A stretch of 64,000 nucleotides of DNA from an uncultured Nitrospiraceae bacterium (GCA_963727805.1 CAVSHF010000005.1:992001-1056000), one strand, 5' to 3'. Shown: positions 1-10,856, counted from the stretch's first letter. The notes: generated by a model from the letters alone, not told the origin. Made by a program: numbers and translations.

Positions 1-180
1 CGAATGCTTCTGTGGCGTGCTTGGGGGCAAACAAATACAACCATCTGCCCCTCTATTGTAACGAGAAATTGATGGATTATTGACGAAATAAAAGCGTGAG
101 CCGGTTTTGATATAATACAATAGAATTTACGAGAACGAATCAATCGTCCCGCAACGCTCTGCATATGATTCAAAAAAAAG

Positions 181-372
181 CTATCTCGCTTTAAATCTGA
201 AAGACTTGGCCTTTCTCTTGCGCGCCTCTGCCTGCTTCCTTTTTTTCTTCACGGAGGGTTTTTCGTAAAATTTCCTCTTTTTGATCTCCCTGAAGAGGCC
301 CTCTTTCTGGAGCCTAGTTTTCAGCGTTTTTAAGGCCCTTTCAACGTCGTTCCCCTGTACTTTTATCTCCAA
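181..372 (-). CDS. rpsU: 30S ribosomal protein S21
   Basis: 63 aa basic protein with 'ERALK..K...KEGLFREIKKRKFYEKPSVKKKRK' S21 signature; TTG start. Confidence 0.95.
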   Translation of the reverse strand: MEIKVQGNDVERALKTLKTRLQKEGLFREIKKRKFYEKPSVKKKRKQAEARKRKAKSFRFKAR

Positions 373-378
373 GAAATA

Positions 379-750
379 TTATCTCCTTCCTCTTTCGGGC
401 CTTCTCCCACCACCAAAGCCTCCACCACCGCCACCGCCAGGCCGCCTTGCGCCTCCGAACCCGCCGCCGCCACCTCTGTTACCAAAACCTTTGTCCCTCG
501 GCTGCTGTGGCCTTGCTTCGGACACTGACAAGGTTCTTTCCATAAAGGATTTACCGTTAAGCGCCTCTATCGCCTTGTTCGCTTCATCGGCTGATGGCAT
601 TTCGACAAAGCCGAAACCCCGTGCCCTTCCTGTCTGCGGATCGGTAATCAGCTTTACCGATTCAATCTCTCCATATGGCGAGAAAAGACCCCTAATGTCA
701 TCCTCTGTCGCATTGAAAGAGATATTCCCGACATAAATCTTAGTGCTCAT
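379..750 (-). CDS. RRM (RNP-1) RNA-binding protein with Gly/Arg-rich tail
   Basis: RNP2 'IYVGNI', RNP1 'RGFGFVEM', C-terminal GGGGF/RG repeats; GGAGG RBS. Confidence 0.93.
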   Translation of the reverse strand: MSTKIYVGNISFNATEDDIRGLFSPYGEIESVKLITDPQTGRARGFGFVEMPSADEANKAIEALNGKSFMERTLSVSEARPQQPRDKGFGNRGGGGGFGGARRPGGGGGGGFGGGRRPERGRR

Positions 751-1113
751 AGCCTACCTCCAATAAAAAATCCCCAGGGGCTTTATCAAGTCTCTGGGGT
801 CCCTAAGCTTTGAAAAGCTTGTTGTAGTATATATGAAACGAATTCCAAATGTATACAAGGAATTTGGCTGACAAGAGCGAGCGAAAGCTCAGAATTGCCT
901 CGCTGAGAGGGGAGTCGATGTCAAAAAGCTGTTTTGAATTTTCTGCTCTCCTCACGTGCCAAGGAGGGACAAAACTTCCGCTTTCTCGTATAACTAATCT
1001 ATTCACACTTCTATTCACAAAGGGTAGAGAGGACATTGGTGACAGCAAGCAAATATTCACACCTCTTCGCCTGCATTTTCGTAGTAAGGATCGTAAAAAT
1101 CAGATCGGGGTCG

Positions 1114-2379
1114 TCAAAATCTGTACGTCAGGCTCAGAGCGATCATGTGTACCTGTGAATTGTAAGACCCATTGGCGGAAAGGTCAGGATTACTGGTAAC
1201 GGGATCAGTAATAGTATTATTCTTGGTCCTCTTAGCAAATATCTGATAGCCATATCCTAGGTCGATGTTCAGCGATTTAAGCTTGATGTCGGCGCCAATG
1301 GAGATGTAATGACTGTTTGAGTCGGGGATGGCGGGCTCGAATGTCTGATTGGGCACGGCGTTTCCCGAATACTGATATCCTGCGAGCAATGCCACTGTAT
1401 TATTAATATGATATTTAAGCCCTATCATCCCCGCCCATGTGTCGTGCCAGTTTCGTGCGGTGATTGAGGCAGTGCTTCCCGCCACAGGCTGATCAAGCTG
1501 TACATTAAGTTCCTTGAATGTTGCCCATCCTTCCCATCTAGTTGCAATCTCAAACGTGAAAGGATAGAGTTGTTTAAAGAAAATGCCCGCGTATGCCTGT
1601 GGCGGCAAATCAATTGAGGTCCTGGCACTAGTATTCGGGAAAAGAGCCGCTAGCCCCGGACTAGGTAGCCCGAAGGTCACATCGCCGCTGATTGGCACGT
1701 GAATCCTGCTGCGATACGAAAGCCCGACGGCAATGTCCTTTGAAGGTTCTATCAGAAGCCCAAGATTACCTCCGTAGCCATCGCCAGTCCCATGGAGCTT
1801 CTGAGTCCCATCGGGAAGACTCAAGGGAGAGAAATTGACATTACGCTCAAAGGTGGCGTCAAGAGTCAGATAGCTAATACCTCCCGCTACTGTAATCCAA
1901 GGGGCCAGGTTGATAGAAGCAACAGGATTAAAGGCAAAAGTCGTCATCTTCGACTTCGTGGCGATGTAGCGACCCTCCCAATTCTTAGGCCAAGTAGTAC
2001 CGAGCCCGAAGGGATAGAATACCCCAAGCCCGATGCTGAAACGGTCGCTCACAGCATGCGTGATATAAAAAGATGATGGGTAGAACACTTCACTCTCAGT
2101 CTTTGTCTTTTGGCCTGTCAGCATGCTCTTAAATTCACGGATAGGGAAAATGAGGGTAGTGCCTGCCTGGATTTGGGTGCCTGGGATTTGATTGATAAGG
2201 GCTGGATTGTAAAAGATTACTGAAGGGTCAGCTCCATGCGCAATGGTAGCATCTGCTTGATCGAATGTCCGTCCTCCCTGAGCAAAAACTGCAAAACCGG
2301 CAGCGTGCGAATCGACAGTGGAAAAAGAACAGGAAAGTAATGATAGAATCCCTGCTACAAAAATATTAATCTTTCTCAT
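1114..2379 (-). CDS. OmpP1/FadL family outer membrane transporter
   Basis: Signal peptide ending AAGF, 'YNPA' motif, alternating beta-strand pattern, C-terminal 'YRF'. Confidence 0.88.
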   Translation of the reverse strand: MRKINIFVAGILSLLSCSFSTVDSHAAGFAVFAQGGRTFDQADATIAHGADPSVIFYNPALINQIPGTQIQAGTTLIFPIREFKSMLTGQKTKTESEVFYPSSFYITHAVSDRFSIGLGVFYPFGLGTTWPKNWEGRYIATKSKMTTFAFNPVASINLAPWITVAGGISYLTLDATFERNVNFSPLSLPDGTQKLHGTGDGYGGNLGLLIEPSKDIAVGLSYRSRIHVPISGDVTFGLPSPGLAALFPNTSARTSIDLPPQAYAGIFFKQLYPFTFEIATRWEGWATFKELNVQLDQPVAGSTASITARNWHDTWAGMIGLKYHINNTVALLAGYQYSGNAVPNQTFEPAIPDSNSHYISIGADIKLKSLNIDLGYGYQIFAKRTKNNTITDPVTSNPDLSANGSYNSQVHMIALSLTYRF

Positions 2380-2445
2380 GGCTGTCCCCCGGTAAGCCAG
2401 ATCTTACAAAGTGCGCTAAGGCATGCAACATTAGAATTGTTCTAT

Positions 2446-3770
2446 CATTAGTGTCCGGTTAAAAATGAATAAGCAGCCCATAAGCATATGATTAACAATC
2501 GCAATCTGAGCAAAAAAGGTGGTGTCGATTTGAAATTGCATCTGCATATCAGTGATGGTTTCGGAACATGTTGTTCCGGAGGCACCAATGAATACAGGCA
2601 AGACCCTTTTTGCTCAGATTATGGACGTTCTCCCGTGGAGCACTTTTCATCGTATTGTTCAGAAATACAGCGGCGACCATCGTGTGCGCTGTCTTCGTTG
2701 TGCCGAGCAATTTCGAATAATGGCTTTTGCGCAACTTACTTATCGGGAGAGTCTCCGCGATATCGAAGCCTGTTTGTCGGCTCAAGCTGCAAAACTTTAT
2801 CACATGGGCCTTCGAGGACCAGTCAGTCGCTCGACCCTGGCCGATGCCAACGAATCTCGCGATTGGCGCATTTACGCAGACTTCGCTCAACGGCTGATCG
2901 GTCAAGCAAGAAAGCTCTATGCCGGAGAGAGCTTCGGTGTGGATATCTCCAATACCGCCTACGCTCTGGATTCTACGACCATAGACCTCTGCCTGTCGAT
3001 GTTTCCTTGGGCTCCTTTTCGGACTGCCAAGGCTGCCGTAAAAGTTCATACGCTGATGGACCTCAGGGGTTCTATCCCAAGCTTTATTCATATCTCCGAT
3101 GGCAAGCTTCACGATATCAATGTTCTGGACCTGCTTATTCCAGAAGCCGGGGCCTTCTATGTGATGGATCGAGCATATCTCGACTTCGAGCGTCTGTATG
3201 TCCTGCATCAGGCCGGCAGCTTTTTTGTTACCCGAGCCAAATCCAATCTGAATGCCAGAAGACTTTATTCCGCCTCTGCAGATCGAACTACAGGCGTGAT
3301 CTGCGATCAGACCATCGCCATGAATGGTTATTACAGCAGCAGACACTTTCCGGGCCATCTGCGCCGCATCCGTTTCAAAGACGCGGAGTCCGGCAAAACA
3401 TTGCTGTTTCTCACCAATCACCATACCTTGCCAGCATTGACCATATGCTCACTATACAAGAGCCGCTGGCAGATCGAACTGTTCTTCAAATGGATCAAGC
3501 AACATCTTCGCATAAAGCGTTTCTACGGCATTTCAGAAAATGCCGTCAAATCCCAAATCTGGATCGCTGTTTCCGTTTATGTTCTTATCGCTATCATCAA
3601 GAAAAGGCTCAATCTCGATGTTTCGCTCTATACGTTGTTACAGATCCTATCGGTCACCATCTTCGAGAAAATGCCCTTGCAGCAAGCGTTTCAGGAAAAT
3701 GGCACAGCATTAAATGCTATGGTAAATCGTAACCAATTGAATCTATATGATTCTTAACCGGACACTAGTG
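2446..3770 (+). mobile_element. IS4-family insertion sequence (~1325 bp)
   Basis: Terminal inverted repeats CATTAGTGTCCGGTTAAAAAT (2446-2466) and ATTCTTAACCGGACACTAGTG (3750-3770), 19/21 match; flanking 9-bp direct repeat TTGTTCTAT (2437-2445) / TTGTTATAT (3771-3779), 8/9 match. Confidence 0.93.
2588..3757 (+). CDS. IS4 family DDE transposase (DUF4372-type N-terminus)
   Basis: 'LDSTTI', 'MDRAY' and YREK signature 'YKSRWQIELFFKWIKQHL'; ATG 2588 has GGAGG RBS; stop lies inside right IR; ORF appears intact. Confidence 0.93.
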   Translation: MNTGKTLFAQIMDVLPWSTFHRIVQKYSGDHRVRCLRCAEQFRIMAFAQLTYRESLRDIEACLSAQAAKLYHMGLRGPVSRSTLADANESRDWRIYADFAQRLIGQARKLYAGESFGVDISNTAYALDSTTIDLCLSMFPWAPFRTAKAAVKVHTLMDLRGSIPSFIHISDGKLHDINVLDLLIPEAGAFYVMDRAYLDFERLYVLHQAGSFFVTRAKSNLNARRLYSASADRTTGVICDQTIAMNGYYSSRHFPGHLRRIRFKDAESGKTLLFLTNHHTLPALTICSLYKSRWQIELFFKWIKQHLRIKRFYGISENAVKSQIWIAVSVYVLIAIIKKRLNLDVSLYTLLQILSVTIFEKMPLQQAFQENGTALNAMVNRNQLNLYDS

Positions 3771-3922
3771 TTGTTATATATAAGCAAATACACAGTCTGT
3801 CAGTCAAAAAAAGTCACCCATAAGGTATAAACTGAATTATAATTACAGGTGAGAAGCATTGTCTATAATCTCCTGACTATGAAAAAACTTCTGCTTATAA
3901 ATCATGTCGCTCGGAGGACTGT

Positions 3923-4270
3923 ATGCCATTTAAACAAGATTTGAACTTTTCTACATTTGAGTCTTGTCTAAATGCGGCAACCCATACCCACTGACAGGTT
4001 AAGATTCTCGATGAGAACTTCAACATCGTCACCCTTGAACACGCTGGCCTGGTGGGCATAGTAGCTTCTGCGAGCAAGGTAAATAGGGCCTATGACATGG
4101 CCGGATGGGTCAGGACCGAGGAATAAAGCTCGTCATGGGAGGCCCCTCCCGATGAAGCATTGCATTATGTCGTCTCGGGGAGTGATAGGCGAGACCGAAG
4201 GCATATGGGAGCAGTCATCAGTGACTTCGAGCATAAACACCTTGCCGCAAAATGTGAGGGACGAAGGATC
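3923..4270 (+). pseudogene. Decayed N-terminal B12-binding domain of a radical SAM protein
   Basis: Across frames: 'AATHTH*QVKILDEN...AGLVGI..SASKVNRAYDMA', 'GIKLVMGGP', 'PDEALHY', 'VIGETEGIW', 'VISDFE'; in-frame TGA 3992-3994 plus frameshifts; ends approximate. Confidence 0.65.
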
Positions 4271-4545
4271 AAACTCCGAGCAGCTGCGCTAGTGCTTCTG
4301 ATGATACCTCAATTCCCGGAACGGATGATCTCTCCCGAGATCTTAGATGTGATTTGAGGAAAACACGCTCCAAGTGCGTGTGTGACTTGATCTGATATAC
4401 CGGAAACAGGTCTCGAAAAGACTACGTTTGCGCTACTGCATCTAGCATTTTTTAGGTCAATTGTTGCGCGATGTCAATACATTTCTCCATAAAGCGGATA
4501 GCGTGTCTATTATATTCTTTTGTTGTGCGTTGAAGTATCGGCAAC

Positions 4546-5172
4546 TCAGTTAATCATACGTGCAAAAGGGTTCTCTCTTTTTTCCCTGCCGATAGTTGAA
4601 GAAGGGCCGTGGCCGCAGAGGACCGCGGTTCCTTCCGGTAAGGACATCAGCCAACCAAGGGACTTGCGTATAGCCCGGTCATCCCCTCCGGGCAGGTCTG
4701 TCCTACCGATCGATCCTGCGAAGAGGGTATCCCCGGTGATGGCGATCCCCTCACCGTAAAGAACGATGCCGCCCGGACTGTGGCCGGGAGATTGATTAAT
4801 GGTAAAGCTTAAAGTTCCCACTACAATGTTATCCCCCTCCGTGATGAACACATCTGGTGCAGGCTGTGGCTCAAGGTCTAACCCGAAAAAGTGAGCCAAC
4901 TCAGCTGCCGAGTCATAAATTTCAAGATCGCCCTGATGCAGAACAACCTTTGCACCGGTCTCTTTTTTAATATCTGCAACAGCGCCGACGTGGTCGAAAT
5001 GGCCATGGGTACAGATGATGTACTCAACGGTCAGATTCTTCTTCCTGACCGCGTCAAGGATCATATCAGGCTCATCGCCTGGGTCTATAATCATCGCCTT
5101 ACCCGTCATCTCGTCGCCGATGATATGGCAGTTTACTTGAAGCGGCCCGACAACTATGGTCTTAACAATCAT
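4546..5172 (-). CDS. MBL-fold metallo-hydrolase (glyoxalase II/YcbL-like)
   Basis: THGHFDH motif, 'PGHSPG', 'GDTLF.GSIGRTD', 'GHG'. Confidence 0.9.
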   Translation of the reverse strand: MIVKTIVVGPLQVNCHIIGDEMTGKAMIIDPGDEPDMILDAVRKKNLTVEYIICTHGHFDHVGAVADIKKETGAKVVLHQGDLEIYDSAAELAHFFGLDLEPQPAPDVFITEGDNIVVGTLSFTINQSPGHSPGGIVLYGEGIAITGDTLFAGSIGRTDLPGGDDRAIRKSLGWLMSLPEGTAVLCGHGPSSTIGREKRENPFARMIN

Positions 5173-5173
5173 G

Positions 5174-6805
5174 CTATTCCTCCTGTATATTTTTTATTCT
5201 ATTCGGCGGTCGTTTGCGTATTTTCTCCTTAATCTTTTTAACAAGGTAATCCATTTCTTCGTTCTTAAGCAGATAGGAAGTAAAAGAGTATATCCCCAGG
5301 CATCCGAAAATGACCGCCGTCAGTAGTGTCGCTTTCTGAGCGATGTGACCACCTGAGGTCCAGTGCCCCCCCTGGGTAGCAAACCACCCACAGCCGCCCA
5401 TCACTGCCGCTGCAGTCCCGGTTTTCATAAATGAAATAGAGATACGGCGCGTGCCAATCCCTCCAAGTTTTTTCCTCAGGAAATAGTAGAGCAGGATAAA
5501 ATTGAATGTAGCGGCGATCGAATTCGCGAATGCGAGTCCATTATACCTGAGCGGTCCCATCAGCGCTATACTGCAAAGTATGTTGAGCGCGACACCGCAA
5601 ACCATTATCTTGAATGGAGTCTTTGTATCCTGCATCGAATAGAACGTTGAATTTAGAATACGAACTCCTACCATCGCCCAGATGCCGAACGAATAATACA
5701 TCAGAGCGTCGGCAGTACTAACGGTCGCCGTATAGGTAAACTCACCGTGCTGAAAAAGGGCGCTCACGATCGGAAGTCTCAGCGCAATCAGCCCAACCAT
5801 TGCAGGCACAGTGATGAAGAAAAGCAATCGGAGCGCAAATGAAAAATCCTCCTTTAGCACCCCGAACTCCTTTTTTGCTGCATGTTCCGAGAGCGTCGGC
5901 AGTACCGCCATGCCCATTGCAACGCCGAAGATCCCAACTGGGAACTGGATAAGCCGCATGCTGTAGTAAAGATAACTAATGCTCCCGTCCGCCAGATAGG
6001 AGGCAAGGATAGTGCTGATAAAGATATTAATCTGATTGGCCGCAAGCACGGCAGTCATGGGAATGATCAACAGGCCGATGCGTTTTAGGCCGGGATGAAT
6101 CCCATTGTTGGGGCGAGGCGATGCTTCGCCCTTGCCGACACCTCCCGCAAAAGAGAATCCCTGCTTGAAAAAGGCTGGCATCTGAAAGAGAAACTGCACC
6201 AGCCCGCCGAGTGTTACGCCGATTGCAGCCGCAATTATGGGATTGGTGAATTGGCTAGCAAGCGCAACAATACAGACGATCGTGACAACATTAAGGATTG
6301 CGGGAGCCAATGCAGGGATGAAAAAGACTCCGCGTGTATTAAGTGCACCCATTACAATAGATGCGAGGCTAATGAAGAGCAGGAATGGGAACATAATGCG
6401 CGTAAGAACGACCGCTGAGGCAAATTTTGCTGAGCCCGGGTCCCAGCCTAATGCAATAACCTTTACAATAGCAGGTGCAAAAATGATACCGAGCGCACAG
6501 AGGGCACCCACAACAACAAGAAGAAAAAAGAATGTCACCCGCACGAGGCCATTCGCTTCATCATTGCCCTTTTTCGTCTGGTATTCGGTCAAGACCGGCA
6601 CAAAGGCTGATGACATCGATCCCTCGGCAAAGAGCTCACGGAGTAAGTTCGGAATACGAAATGCAACGAAAAATATGTCAGATGTACCGGTTGCTCCAAA
6701 GTAACGCGCAAGGATCATGTCCCTGATAAAACCGAGAATACGGCTGATAAAGGTGGCAATGGACATCAACCCCGCAGCCCTCGCTATTTTCCCTCTTGAA
6801 CTCAT
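5174..6805 (-). CDS. murJ: Lipid II flippase MurJ (MviN)
   Basis: 'SRILGFIRD', 'AFRIPNLLRELFAEG', 'RLIQFPVGIFG'; multi-TM. Confidence 0.95.
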   Translation of the reverse strand: MSSRGKIARAAGLMSIATFISRILGFIRDMILARYFGATGTSDIFFVAFRIPNLLRELFAEGSMSSAFVPVLTEYQTKKGNDEANGLVRVTFFFLLVVVGALCALGIIFAPAIVKVIALGWDPGSAKFASAVVLTRIMFPFLLFISLASIVMGALNTRGVFFIPALAPAILNVVTIVCIVALASQFTNPIIAAAIGVTLGGLVQFLFQMPAFFKQGFSFAGGVGKGEASPRPNNGIHPGLKRIGLLIIPMTAVLAANQINIFISTILASYLADGSISYLYYSMRLIQFPVGIFGVAMGMAVLPTLSEHAAKKEFGVLKEDFSFALRLLFFITVPAMVGLIALRLPIVSALFQHGEFTYTATVSTADALMYYSFGIWAMVGVRILNSTFYSMQDTKTPFKIMVCGVALNILCSIALMGPLRYNGLAFANSIAATFNFILLYYFLRKKLGGIGTRRISISFMKTGTAAAVMGGCGWFATQGGHWTSGGHIAQKATLLTAVIFGCLGIYSFTSYLLKNEEMDYLVKKIKEKIRKRPPNRIKNIQEE

Positions 6806-6809
6806 CTCC

Positions 6810-7451
6810 TTATTTCCCCGATGCGCGGCGGTGGCGAAGGAATTCGGTAACGCTCGGCGCCAGCGAAATTATAATGATCGCGATTATCACAAGAGTGAGA
6901 TTCTTCTTCACAATCGGGATATTACCAAAGAAGTAACCACCAACAACGAAGGAGGTTATCCAGGCGATACAACCAGCAAGGTTGTAAAGGAGGAAGCGGC
7001 GATAGTTCATCCGACCAATTCCCGCGACAAAGGGAGCGAAGGTCCTTATGATGGGAAGGAACCTCGCGATAACGATGGCCTTTCCCCCATGCTTTTCATA
7101 GAAGGCATGGGTCCGTTCAAGATATTCCCTTTTGAGGAACCTCACGTCTTTCTCAAATACTTTCGGCCCGACAAAACGACCGATGTGATAATTGGCCATG
7201 TTGCCTGTGACAGCAGCCAAGCATAAAAGGACATAGATCAATACCGGATCGAGATCCCCCTTGGCAGCAAAAGCACCGACAACAAAGAGCAGCGAATCGC
7301 CTGGCAGTATCGGAGTGACGACAAGACCGGTTTCACAGAAGATCACAAGAAAAAGGATCACATAGGTTAGAGTTCCGAATTGCTGGATTATGGCACTAAG
7401 ATGTTTATCCAGATTCAGAAAAAGGTCGATAAAAGAGGCAAGCAGTTCCAT
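6810..7451 (-). CDS. dedA: DedA family membrane protein
   Basis: 'FCETGLVVTPILPGDSLLF', 'ARFLPIIRTFAPFVAG'; start placed at ATG 7451 with AAGGAG RBS. Confidence 0.9.
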   Translation of the reverse strand: MELLASFIDLFLNLDKHLSAIIQQFGTLTYVILFLVIFCETGLVVTPILPGDSLLFVVGAFAAKGDLDPVLIYVLLCLAAVTGNMANYHIGRFVGPKVFEKDVRFLKREYLERTHAFYEKHGGKAIVIARFLPIIRTFAPFVAGIGRMNYRRFLLYNLAGCIAWITSFVVGGYFFGNIPIVKKNLTLVIIAIIIISLAPSVTEFLRHRRASGK

Positions 7452-7574
7452 TCCGCTCCTTAACATTGAGATCAATAATTATAGCCCAAAATGAAACGAC
7501 AATGTTATCACGGATGTGCTAAGATGAAATTATGGAGGCGCAAGCAATCCAATCTGCCTTCGGAATGGCGGGGC

Positions 7575-8945
7575 ATGCCTTTTTTTCGACGAATCAGTGA
7601 GGTTCTGAAAGTCCTTTTCATCTATGATGAAAAGGCGCGTGTTGATCTCTTTGACGCGTTTCCGGCATTCAAAAAGTTCTTCCTCAATCGCCACAACCTT
7701 CTCTACCTCCGCACCTTGGGTGATGTCTCCTTCAGCGTCATAATCATCATGGGTCTTTTTGGCCCCCAGGACCCATCGCGCAACGTCTCGCTTTTTTTAG
7801 CGTGGGGGATATGGTGGACAAGCGTCGTAATGAGCTGGTTTTTCATCGGCAAGTTCTGGTGCGGGATCTGCCCTTTCCCCGGCATCGGGCGCGTGTTTCA
7901 GAAACTGGGATTGAGCCTCAATCGTGAACCTTCCATTCTCCTGACAAAATATCGCATTCCATTCGCTCTTATCTTTTTTGCTCTTATAATATGGGCCGAA
8001 TCGGTAACGGATATGAAGAACTGGCCCTTGGGCACCGCACTTCTCCTGTTGAGTATTCTCCTCGGAGCTGCGGTAATGGGGGTAATCTTCAGGGGGCAGT
8101 CCTGGTGCCGTAATCTCTGCCCCATGGGAAAGATTATCGGTACGGCGGCCACTTTATCCATTATCGAATTACGGCCCGACCTGCGGAAATGTAAAACCTG
8201 CAAATCTTTTTACTGCAAAAAGGGAACAAATGATGCAGGGGGATGTCCTGTCTATCTCGGAACTATCAACATCAGAAATAATATTGACTGCCTCATGTGC
8301 GGACGCTGCGTGCATTTATGCGACAAGGATGCCCCTCGCCTGAATCTGAGAAACCCCTTTGTAGAACTTATCATCAACAAGGGTCGTTACATTACCTGTT
8401 CGTATATCATCCCCTTTTTGATGGGCTCACAATTGGCGAGGTTCATGCAACACGCTTCCTGGTATGATCGGGCCGAGTCATGGTTTTTCGGCTCAAACAC
8501 TATGGCTTTTACCGTTTTTTTAGGTCTGGGATTTATCCTTGCTTTGCTCGCAATAAGGATCGGTGCCTGGCTTTTTGGCATAACCGAAGACCCCTCGTTC
8601 GGCAAATTTTCTCCGATGGTACCTGTCCTCGTACCGCTCGCCTTTACCGGAGAATTGGCCTACCGCCTCGATTACTTCCTTGCAAACATGGGGAATGTCC
8701 TGCCCACATTCGGCAGACAGTTCGGATTCAGTCTGGAGCAACTGCAATTTTCGATCTCCCAGCCCGTTATCGAATGGATATGTATGGCGTCGCTTGGGAT
8801 CGGAGCAATCTCTGGCAGCTATGTGCTCCATCTTTTCAATACACGCGACTTCGAAGACGTTATCCCGAAAATGAATTATTACGCCCTGCATGTACTGGTG
8901 TTACTCGTTTTCACGGGCTACGCTGTTTTGATTGGAAAATATTGA
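7575..8945 (+). CDS. Membrane-bound 4Fe-4S polyferredoxin (NapH/MauN/CcoG-like)
   Basis: Two WCxxxCP motifs, CxxCxxxxC and CLMCGRCVHLC ferredoxin motifs, many TM segments; start uncertain (7491-7575). Confidence 0.75.
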   Translation: MPFFRRISEVLKVLFIYDEKARVDLFDAFPAFKKFFLNRHNLLYLRTLGDVSFSVIIIMGLFGPQDPSRNVSLFLAWGIWWTSVVMSWFFIGKFWCGICPFPGIGRVFQKLGLSLNREPSILLTKYRIPFALIFFALIIWAESVTDMKNWPLGTALLLLSILLGAAVMGVIFRGQSWCRNLCPMGKIIGTAATLSIIELRPDLRKCKTCKSFYCKKGTNDAGGCPVYLGTINIRNNIDCLMCGRCVHLCDKDAPRLNLRNPFVELIINKGRYITCSYIIPFLMGSQLARFMQHASWYDRAESWFFGSNTMAFTVFLGLGFILALLAIRIGAWLFGITEDPSFGKFSPMVPVLVPLAFTGELAYRLDYFLANMGNVLPTFGRQFGFSLEQLQFSISQPVIEWICMASLGIGAISGSYVLHLFNTRDFEDVIPKMNYYALHVLVLLVFTGYAVLIGKY

Positions 8946-8955
8946 AGGATCGCAA

Positions 8956-9798
8956 TTACAGGCCTTCACCGATAAAGATCCTCTCAATGCCGGCGTAGTC
9001 CTTCACGAAGCTGATATTCTTGAACCCATGCTGTGCGGCAAGTCGCCGGATACAGTCCGCCTGATCAAAGCCGATTTCAAGGATAACAAAGCTGTTTTTT
9101 TTGAGGTGGCGTGGAGCTTTATCCATTATCCTGCGATAAAAATCGAGGCCATCTTCGCCGCCATCGAGCGCCTCAATAGGTTCATAGCCAATCTCCTTCT
9201 GAAGTCTGGAGATGTCATTTGTTCTGATATAGGGAGGGTTCGAGATAATGCAGTCGAATCGTGCATCAGCGCTAAGCGGATTGAAGAGATCTCCTTTAAT
9301 GAAAACGGCATTCCCGATGCCATTACACTGAGCGTTTCTGAGCGCATAAGAAAGCGCCTTTTCAGACCTGTCGATTCCGAGCACAACAGCACGCTGAATT
9401 TCCTTTGCGAGGGTAAGAGCGATACATCCACTCCCCGTGCAAAGGTCAAGGACTACAAGGCTTCCGTCTCGTGCTGTTATCAATCTTATTGCTTCTTCGA
9501 CCATTAGCTCGGTCTCGGGTCTCGGAATGAGGACGCCTTTACCGACATCTATTCTCAGTCCGAAAAAGTCGACATGGCCGATGATGTAGTGTAGGGGCTC
9601 GCCCTGAATGCGTCTCTCAGCAAACAAATCGAGTTCTTGAGAGATTTTTTCATCGATCTCAAAGGTACTGGCATGAAGAGCTGCTTTATCTATACTAAGG
9701 GTTTCGGTAAGGAGGGTGGCTGCTTCTCTAGCATGGTCTTCGATGCCTTCTCTTTTAAAAAGCAGTGAAAGTTCCTTCAGCTTGGCTAAAGCCGTCAC
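8956..9798 (-). CDS. prmC: Release factor glutamine methyltransferase PrmC (HemK)
   Basis: 'LIPRPETE', '[10 protein letters not shown]', 'NPPY'; overlaps prfA stop. Confidence 0.95.
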   Translation of the reverse strand: MTALAKLKELSLLFKREGIEDHAREAATLLTETLSIDKAALHASTFEIDEKISQELDLFAERRIQGEPLHYIIGHVDFFGLRIDVGKGVLIPRPETELMVEEAIRLITARDGSLVVLDLCTGSGCIALTLAKEIQRAVVLGIDRSEKALSYALRNAQCNGIGNAVFIKGDLFNPLSADARFDCIISNPPYIRTNDISRLQKEIGYEPIEALDGGEDGLDFYRRIMDKAPRHLKKNSFVILEIGFDQADCIRRLAAQHGFKNISFVKDYAGIERIFIGEGL

Positions 9799-10856
9799 AG
9801 CTCTTTAAGCTTCTCCGTCTGATAATGTGTGCTCAGAGCATCGATCATCTCATCGAGGTCCCCTTCCAATACTTGTTCGAGTCGATGGAGTGTAAGGCCG
9901 ATGCGATGGTCCGTCACCCTGTTCTGCGGATAATTATAGGTGCGGATACGCTCGCTCCGATCACCGCTGCCCACCTGCGTCTTACGCTCTGCTGCGCGCT
10001 CTTTATCCTTCTTCTCGGTCTCGATCTCAAACAGTCTCGACCTAAGTACTTTCATCGCCTTCTCGCGGTTCTTGATCTGGGAACGTTCGTCCTGGCACTG
10101 CACGACCGTATTGGTCGGGATGTGGGTAATACGCACCGCCGAATAGGTAGTATTGACGCCTTGGCCGCCGGGCCCCGAGGCGCAGAAGGTATCCACACGG
10201 AGGTCTTTCTCTTCGACCCTGATATCCACATCCTCAGCTTCAGGAAGGACCGCCACAGTGGCAGCTGATGTATGGATACGTCCCGAGGCTTCAGTCGACG
10301 GCACTCGCTGCACGCGGTGAACTCCACTTTCGTACTTGAGTCGGCTGTACGCGCCTTTACCGATGATGCTGGCGACGATCTCTTTCAGCCCTCCAAGCCC
10401 GGTGGGGTTCGAGTCGATCACCTCAATTTTCCATCGTCGGGCCTCAGAATATTTTGAATACATCCTAAAAAGGGAAGCGGCAAAAAGGGCAGCCTCTTCT
10501 CCCCCAGTCCCTCCCCTAATTTCGAGGATAACGTTCCTGTCGTCTCTGGGGTCCTTAGGCAGAAGCATCAGTTTAAGCTCGGCTTCAAGGTTCGGCTTTC
10601 TCTTTTTCAGCTCTTCAAGCTCCTGCTGGGCCAGTTCCCTAATGTCGCTGTCACCGCCCTTGGTCAACTCCTCAGCGTCTTGAATCTCACTCAGCACCCT
10701 TTTATAGTCCTGGATCTTCTCGCAGATGGGCCGGAGGTCAGACTGCTCCTTTGAATGCTTCTGGTATTCAAGGTTATTGGAAAGCACCTCGGGCTTCATA
10801 AGTGTCGCTGTGATCTCTTCATATTTTTGCTCTATCGATAAAAGCTTCTCTAACAT
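9795..10856 (-). CDS. prfA: Peptide chain release factor 1
   Basis: GGQ motif, PxT ('PST') specificity motif, '[13 protein letters not shown]'. Confidence 0.97.
   Translation of the reverse strand: MLEKLLSIEQKYEEITATLMKPEVLSNNLEYQKHSKEQSDLRPICEKIQDYKRVLSEIQDAEELTKGGDSDIRELAQQELEELKKRKPNLEAELKLMLLPKDPRDDRNVILEIRGGTGGEEAALFAASLFRMYSKYSEARRWKIEVIDSNPTGLGGLKEIVASIIGKGAYSRLKYESGVHRVQRVPSTEASGRIHTSAATVAVLPEAEDVDIRVEEKDLRVDTFCASGPGGQGVNTTYSAVRITHIPTNTVVQCQDERSQIKNREKAMKVLRSRLFEIETEKKDKERAAERKTQVGSGDRSERIRTYNYPQNRVTDHRIGLTLHRLEQVLEGDLDEMIDALSTHYQTEKLKEL

Noticed and set aside
2488..3732. Long alternative-frame ORF (414 aa) and antisense ORF (291 aa) in the IS
   Set aside because: Shadows of the transposase, with no motifs of their own
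3923..4126. Apparent small selenoprotein: GGAGGA RBS, ATG, in-frame TGA at 3992 and a SECIS-like hairpin (TTCTC-GAT-GAGAA)
   Set aside because: The TGA falls where B12-binding radical SAM proteins usually have Trp, and the homology continues through further frameshifts, so a pseudogene explains it better
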